Shown: one piece after another, positions 61,645-64,000 of the stretch
Numbering within the stretch: the first letter of the stretch is position 1
Layout: each line of letters starts with the position of its first letter
NCBI GenBank assembly: GCA_016873495.1
Contig: VGXC01000012.1
Location: 8,434 to 72,433, forward strand
DNA: 64,000 bases
Origin: Nitrospira sp.
GTDB taxonomy: Bacteria > Nitrospirota > Nitrospiria > Nitrospirales > Nitrospiraceae
Direction of reading: 5' to 3'
The notes under the pieces: model-generated
The model's database searches: none
What the model was told of the DNA's origin: nothing
What the model saw: only the letters and a program-made list of their open reading frames with translations
Translations under genes and position numbers: made by a program

Positions 61645-62442
61645 ATGGCTCAGCCCAAGACCCACGAACATAGCAGCCCGGCCCGCGGCCCGTCCGAACC
61701 AGAAGTCCCGGAGCCTTCGCTGGCCGAGCGGGCGCGAACCCTCATGCACCTGGGCCCGATCGGGAGCCTCTGCACCCTGTCGCTCAAGCGACCGGGCTGG
61801 CCTTTCGGCTCGATTATGCCCTATGCCTTGGACAGCCAGGGACGGCCGATCTTTCTGATCAGCACAATGGCCATGCACACGAAGAACCTCCTGGCCGATG
61901 CCCGCGCCAGCCTCCTCGTCGCCCAGCCGGAGGTCGCAGGCGATCCGCTGGGCGCGGCCCGCGTCACGCTGATGGGACAGGTGGATCGGGTGCCCAAGGA
62001 CGAGAGCGACGCCGTACGGCACACCTATCTGGCTCGCCACGCGAACGCGAGTTATTGGGTGGACTTCGGCGATTTCGCGTTCTATCGCATGGCCATCGTG
62101 GATGTGTATTACGTCGGCGGGTTCGGCGTGATGGGCTGGGTCACCGCGGAGGACTACCAAGGGGCCTGCGTGGATCCGCTGGCCGACCAGGCGTCCGGCC
62201 TCTTGCAGCGGATGAACGCCGAACGGGCCGGGGACTTGCTGGCATTCGCCCGTGGCTCCGGCTACGCCCAGGCGGAGGACGCCAGGCTGACGGCGATGGA
62301 CCGTCTGGGCCTTCACCTGCGCCTGCGTACCGGGGAGCGCGTACAAGGGGTGCGCCTCGCCTTTCCCTGCGCCGTCACCAACGCGCAAGACGCCGAACAA
62401 CTGTTGGATGAGATGATGCGGCAAGCACAGGCACAGGCTTAG
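61645..62442 (+). CDS. pyridoxamine 5'-phosphate oxidase-fold protein with DUF2470-like C-terminus (HugZ/heme-binding family)
   Basis: ARTLMHLGPIGSLCTLS...GWPFGSIMPYALDSQGRPIFLISTMAMHTKNL. Confidence 0.75.
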   Translation: MAQPKTHEHSSPARGPSEPEVPEPSLAERARTLMHLGPIGSLCTLSLKRPGWPFGSIMPYALDSQGRPIFLISTMAMHTKNLLADARASLLVAQPEVAGDPLGAARVTLMGQVDRVPKDESDAVRHTYLARHANASYWVDFGDFAFYRMAIVDVYYVGGFGVMGWVTAEDYQGACVDPLADQASGLLQRMNAERAGDLLAFARGSGYAQAEDARLTAMDRLGLHLRLRTGERVQGVRLAFPCAVTNAQDAEQLLDEMMRQAQAQA

Positions 62443-63263
62443 TGTGCGGCATCGGCTCGCCTGACACGTTTGGGCGAGAAGAAGACCGACAGGAAGAACA
62501 CTGTGGTGGCCAGCAGCACGATGGCCGGGCCAGAAGGCAAATCCCACCAGTAGGAGACCATGACGCCCCACACGGCACACCCCACCCCGATCAGCACCGC
62601 ATAGACCGTCATCTGCTTCAGACTATGCGTCAACTGGTAGGCCGTGGAGGCGGGCACCAAGACCATGGCGAAGACCAGAATGGCCCCCACGGTTTTGAGC
62701 GAGACCACCACCGTAAGGGCGATGAGCGTCAGAAGCAGGTAGAAGATCCGGCGAGCCGGCACGCCCGACGCCTCGGCCATGTCCTGGTCGAACGCGATAA
62801 AATACAGCTCCTTCGAAAAGATGAAAATCACCCCGACGACCAGCACGCTCAGCAGCCCGATCACGCGCAGTTCCTCCGGCGTCACCGAGAGCACGCTGCC
62901 GAACAGGTAGCCGTAGACTTCCGCGTTGTAGCCCTTCATCAGCCCGATGAACAGGATCGCCAGGGCCATCGTGGCCGTATAGAGGATCCCGATCGACACG
63001 TCCAGCTTCATCCGTCCTTGTTCTTCCATGACCCCCGTGATCCACACGGTCGCCAGGCCGAACACAATGGCCAGCGGCAGCGGCGGGACCCCGAGCAGGT
63101 AAGCCAGCGCCACACCGGCAAAGGCCGCGTGGGCCGTGCCGGCCCCGATGAACGCCAGCCCCCGCAAGACGACGAACACGCCGATGACCGAGCAGACCGC
63201 TCCCACCAGCACCGCCGCCAGCAGCGACCGCTGCATGAAATCGTATGTGAGCATCTCGATCAT
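62439..63263 (-). CDS. znuB: metal (Zn/Mn) ABC transporter permease, ABC-3 family
   Basis: Start MIEMLTYDFMQRSLLAAVL. About 8-9 TM segments. The 41-aa ORF-track N-terminal extension is encoded by repeat copy C and is rejected. Confidence 0.9.
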   Translation of the reverse strand: MIEMLTYDFMQRSLLAAVLVGAVCSVIGVFVVLRGLAFIGAGTAHAAFAGVALAYLLGVPPLPLAIVFGLATVWITGVMEEQGRMKLDVSIGILYTATMALAILFIGLMKGYNAEVYGYLFGSVLSVTPEELRVIGLLSVLVVGVIFIFSKELYFIAFDQDMAEASGVPARRIFYLLLTLIALTVVVSLKTVGAILVFAMVLVPASTAYQLTHSLKQMTVYAVLIGVGCAVWGVMVSYWWDLPSGPAIVLLATTVFFLSVFFSPKRVRRADAAH

Positions 63264-63288
63264 CTCGGCTCTTTTCAGTTCTTTCCCA

Positions 63289-63413
63289 ACAGGACGCTCA
63301 AACAGGTCATCCAGCGAGGCCTCAGGGAGGCGAGGGCCCGAGGCGTACCGGATAAGTACGTTGAGGGGCCGAGCAACCGAGAACAAAGCTGGGGGCCTGT
63401 TTCAGCATCCTGC
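63289..63413. repeat. MITE/REP-like intergenic repeat, copy C (short form) in the znuC-znuB spacer
   Basis: Terminal inverted repeats CAGGACGCTCAAACAGG / CCTGTTTCAGCATCCTG (17 of 19 match). Core CGAGGCGTACCGGATAAGTACGTTGAGGGGCCGAGCAACCGAGAACAAAGCTGGGG. Confidence 0.8.
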
Positions 63414-64000
63414 TAGTGGTGGTGGTGATAGTCTTCCACAATGATCAGGTCCTTCTCCGTGATCACGAGTTCCTTCCCATAGACCTGCTGCAGCACGTCC
63501 TGGCGCAAGACTTCTGCCGGCGGACCGGCGGCATAGAGGCGGGTTTTCAGCAACACCAGCCGGTCCACGTAGGACCGGATCATGTTGATGTCGTGGGTGA
63601 TCAGGAGCACGGTCAGCTTCAGGTCCCGGTGCAGGTGTCGGATGAGATCCAGCACCGCGTGTTGCGTGGTGATGTCGATGCCGGTAGTCGGCTCGTCCAG
63701 GAGCAGTACTTGCGGCTGCTGCGCGAGCGCTCGCGCAATCAGGACTCGCTGTTGCTGCCCGCCCGAGAGGTGCCCCAACGCACTGTTCCGGTGATCCTGC
63801 ATGCCCACATGGTCCAAGGCATGCAAGGCGATCTCCCGATCCTGCTTGTCGGGCCGCGTGAAAAGGCCCAGCGCGCCGTAGCGGCCCATCATGACCGCTT
63901 CCAGCACCGTAATGGGGAAATTCCGGTCCAGGACGCCCTTCTGCGGCAGGTACCCGATGCGGGCCCGGTGGTGACAGCGTAGTTCCTGGCAGGCACAGTC
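63413..64000 (-). CDS. znuC: metal ABC transporter ATP-binding protein, partial (N-terminus outside window), C-terminal His4 tail
   Basis: The frame stays open to the window edge (…[25 protein letters not shown]…). LSGGQQQR signature, Walker B LLLLDEP. Ends VEDYHHHH*. Confidence 0.9.
   Translation of the reverse strand, partial: DCACQELRCHHRARIGYLPQKGVLDRNFPITVLEAVMMGRYGALGLFTRPDKQDREIALHALDHVGMQDHRNSALGHLSGGQQQRVLIARALAQQPQVLLLDEPTTGIDITTQHAVLDLIRHLHRDLKLTVLLITHDINMIRSYVDRLVLLKTRLYAAGPPAEVLRQDVLQQVYGKELVITEKDLIIVEDYHHHH

Noticed and set aside
63264-63386. 41-aa N-terminal extension of znuB, and ORFs 57004..57525 and 7364..7570.
   Set aside because: All are read through copies of the intergenic repeat (…NVL(I/L)(R/Q)YASG…). 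Their similarity is at the DNA-repeat level, not that of a protein family.

Overview
This is a high-GC (about 60%) bacterial chromosomal segment. It is densely packed and mostly housekeeping, with long co-directional minus-strand gene arrays. Gene content and the intergenic repeats suggest a Nitrospirota-like organism, but that is inference only.

Main blocks:
- 0-10 kb: queE 3' end, pepA, nagZ-MFS, a small duplicated Cys protein with a PsiE-like gene, a DASS transporter, a D,D-carboxypeptidase and an FG-GAP lipoprotein.
- 10.7-22.4 kb: an aromatic amino-acid supraoperon (pheA-hisC-DAHP synthase-tyrA-aroA) fused to cmk-plsC-rpsA-sppA-ihfB and a protein with four PCP_red domains.
- 22.6-25.6 kb: ruvB, a Cys-rich secreted protein, ruvA and yebC.
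- 25.7-36.5 kb: an extended sulfate-assimilation array (Rrf2, Sir fused to a TusA-like domain, Fe-S APS reductase, a DsrE-like protein, a degenerate TrpD-like protein, CysD, CysN with a kinase-like domain, Mrp/ApbC, a Zn-ribbon-PCP_red protein and two small membrane paralogues). This is the best candidate for an undescribed system.
- 37.7-44.7 kb: tRNA-Val-thrS-infC-rpmI-rplT, convergent with archaeal/eukaryotic-type pheS-pheT.
- 44.7-48 kb: rpe-rsmB-fmt next to the initiator tRNA.
- 48-54.7 kb: FHA, PP2C, a CHASE2 Ser/Thr kinase and a lytic transglycosylase.
- 54.8-64 kb: miscellaneous enzymes and znuCB.

Signals not visible in the ORF track:
- a 597-nt low-GC reading frame broken only by three in-frame stop codons (56351-56947);
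- a MITE/REP-like repeat family with terminal inverted repeats (three clear copies);
- a set of intercistronic hairpins whose arms are built from short repeated words;
- a likely ATC start for infC;
- a sigma-54-type promoter.

No CRISPR array, rRNA, integrase or transposase was seen.
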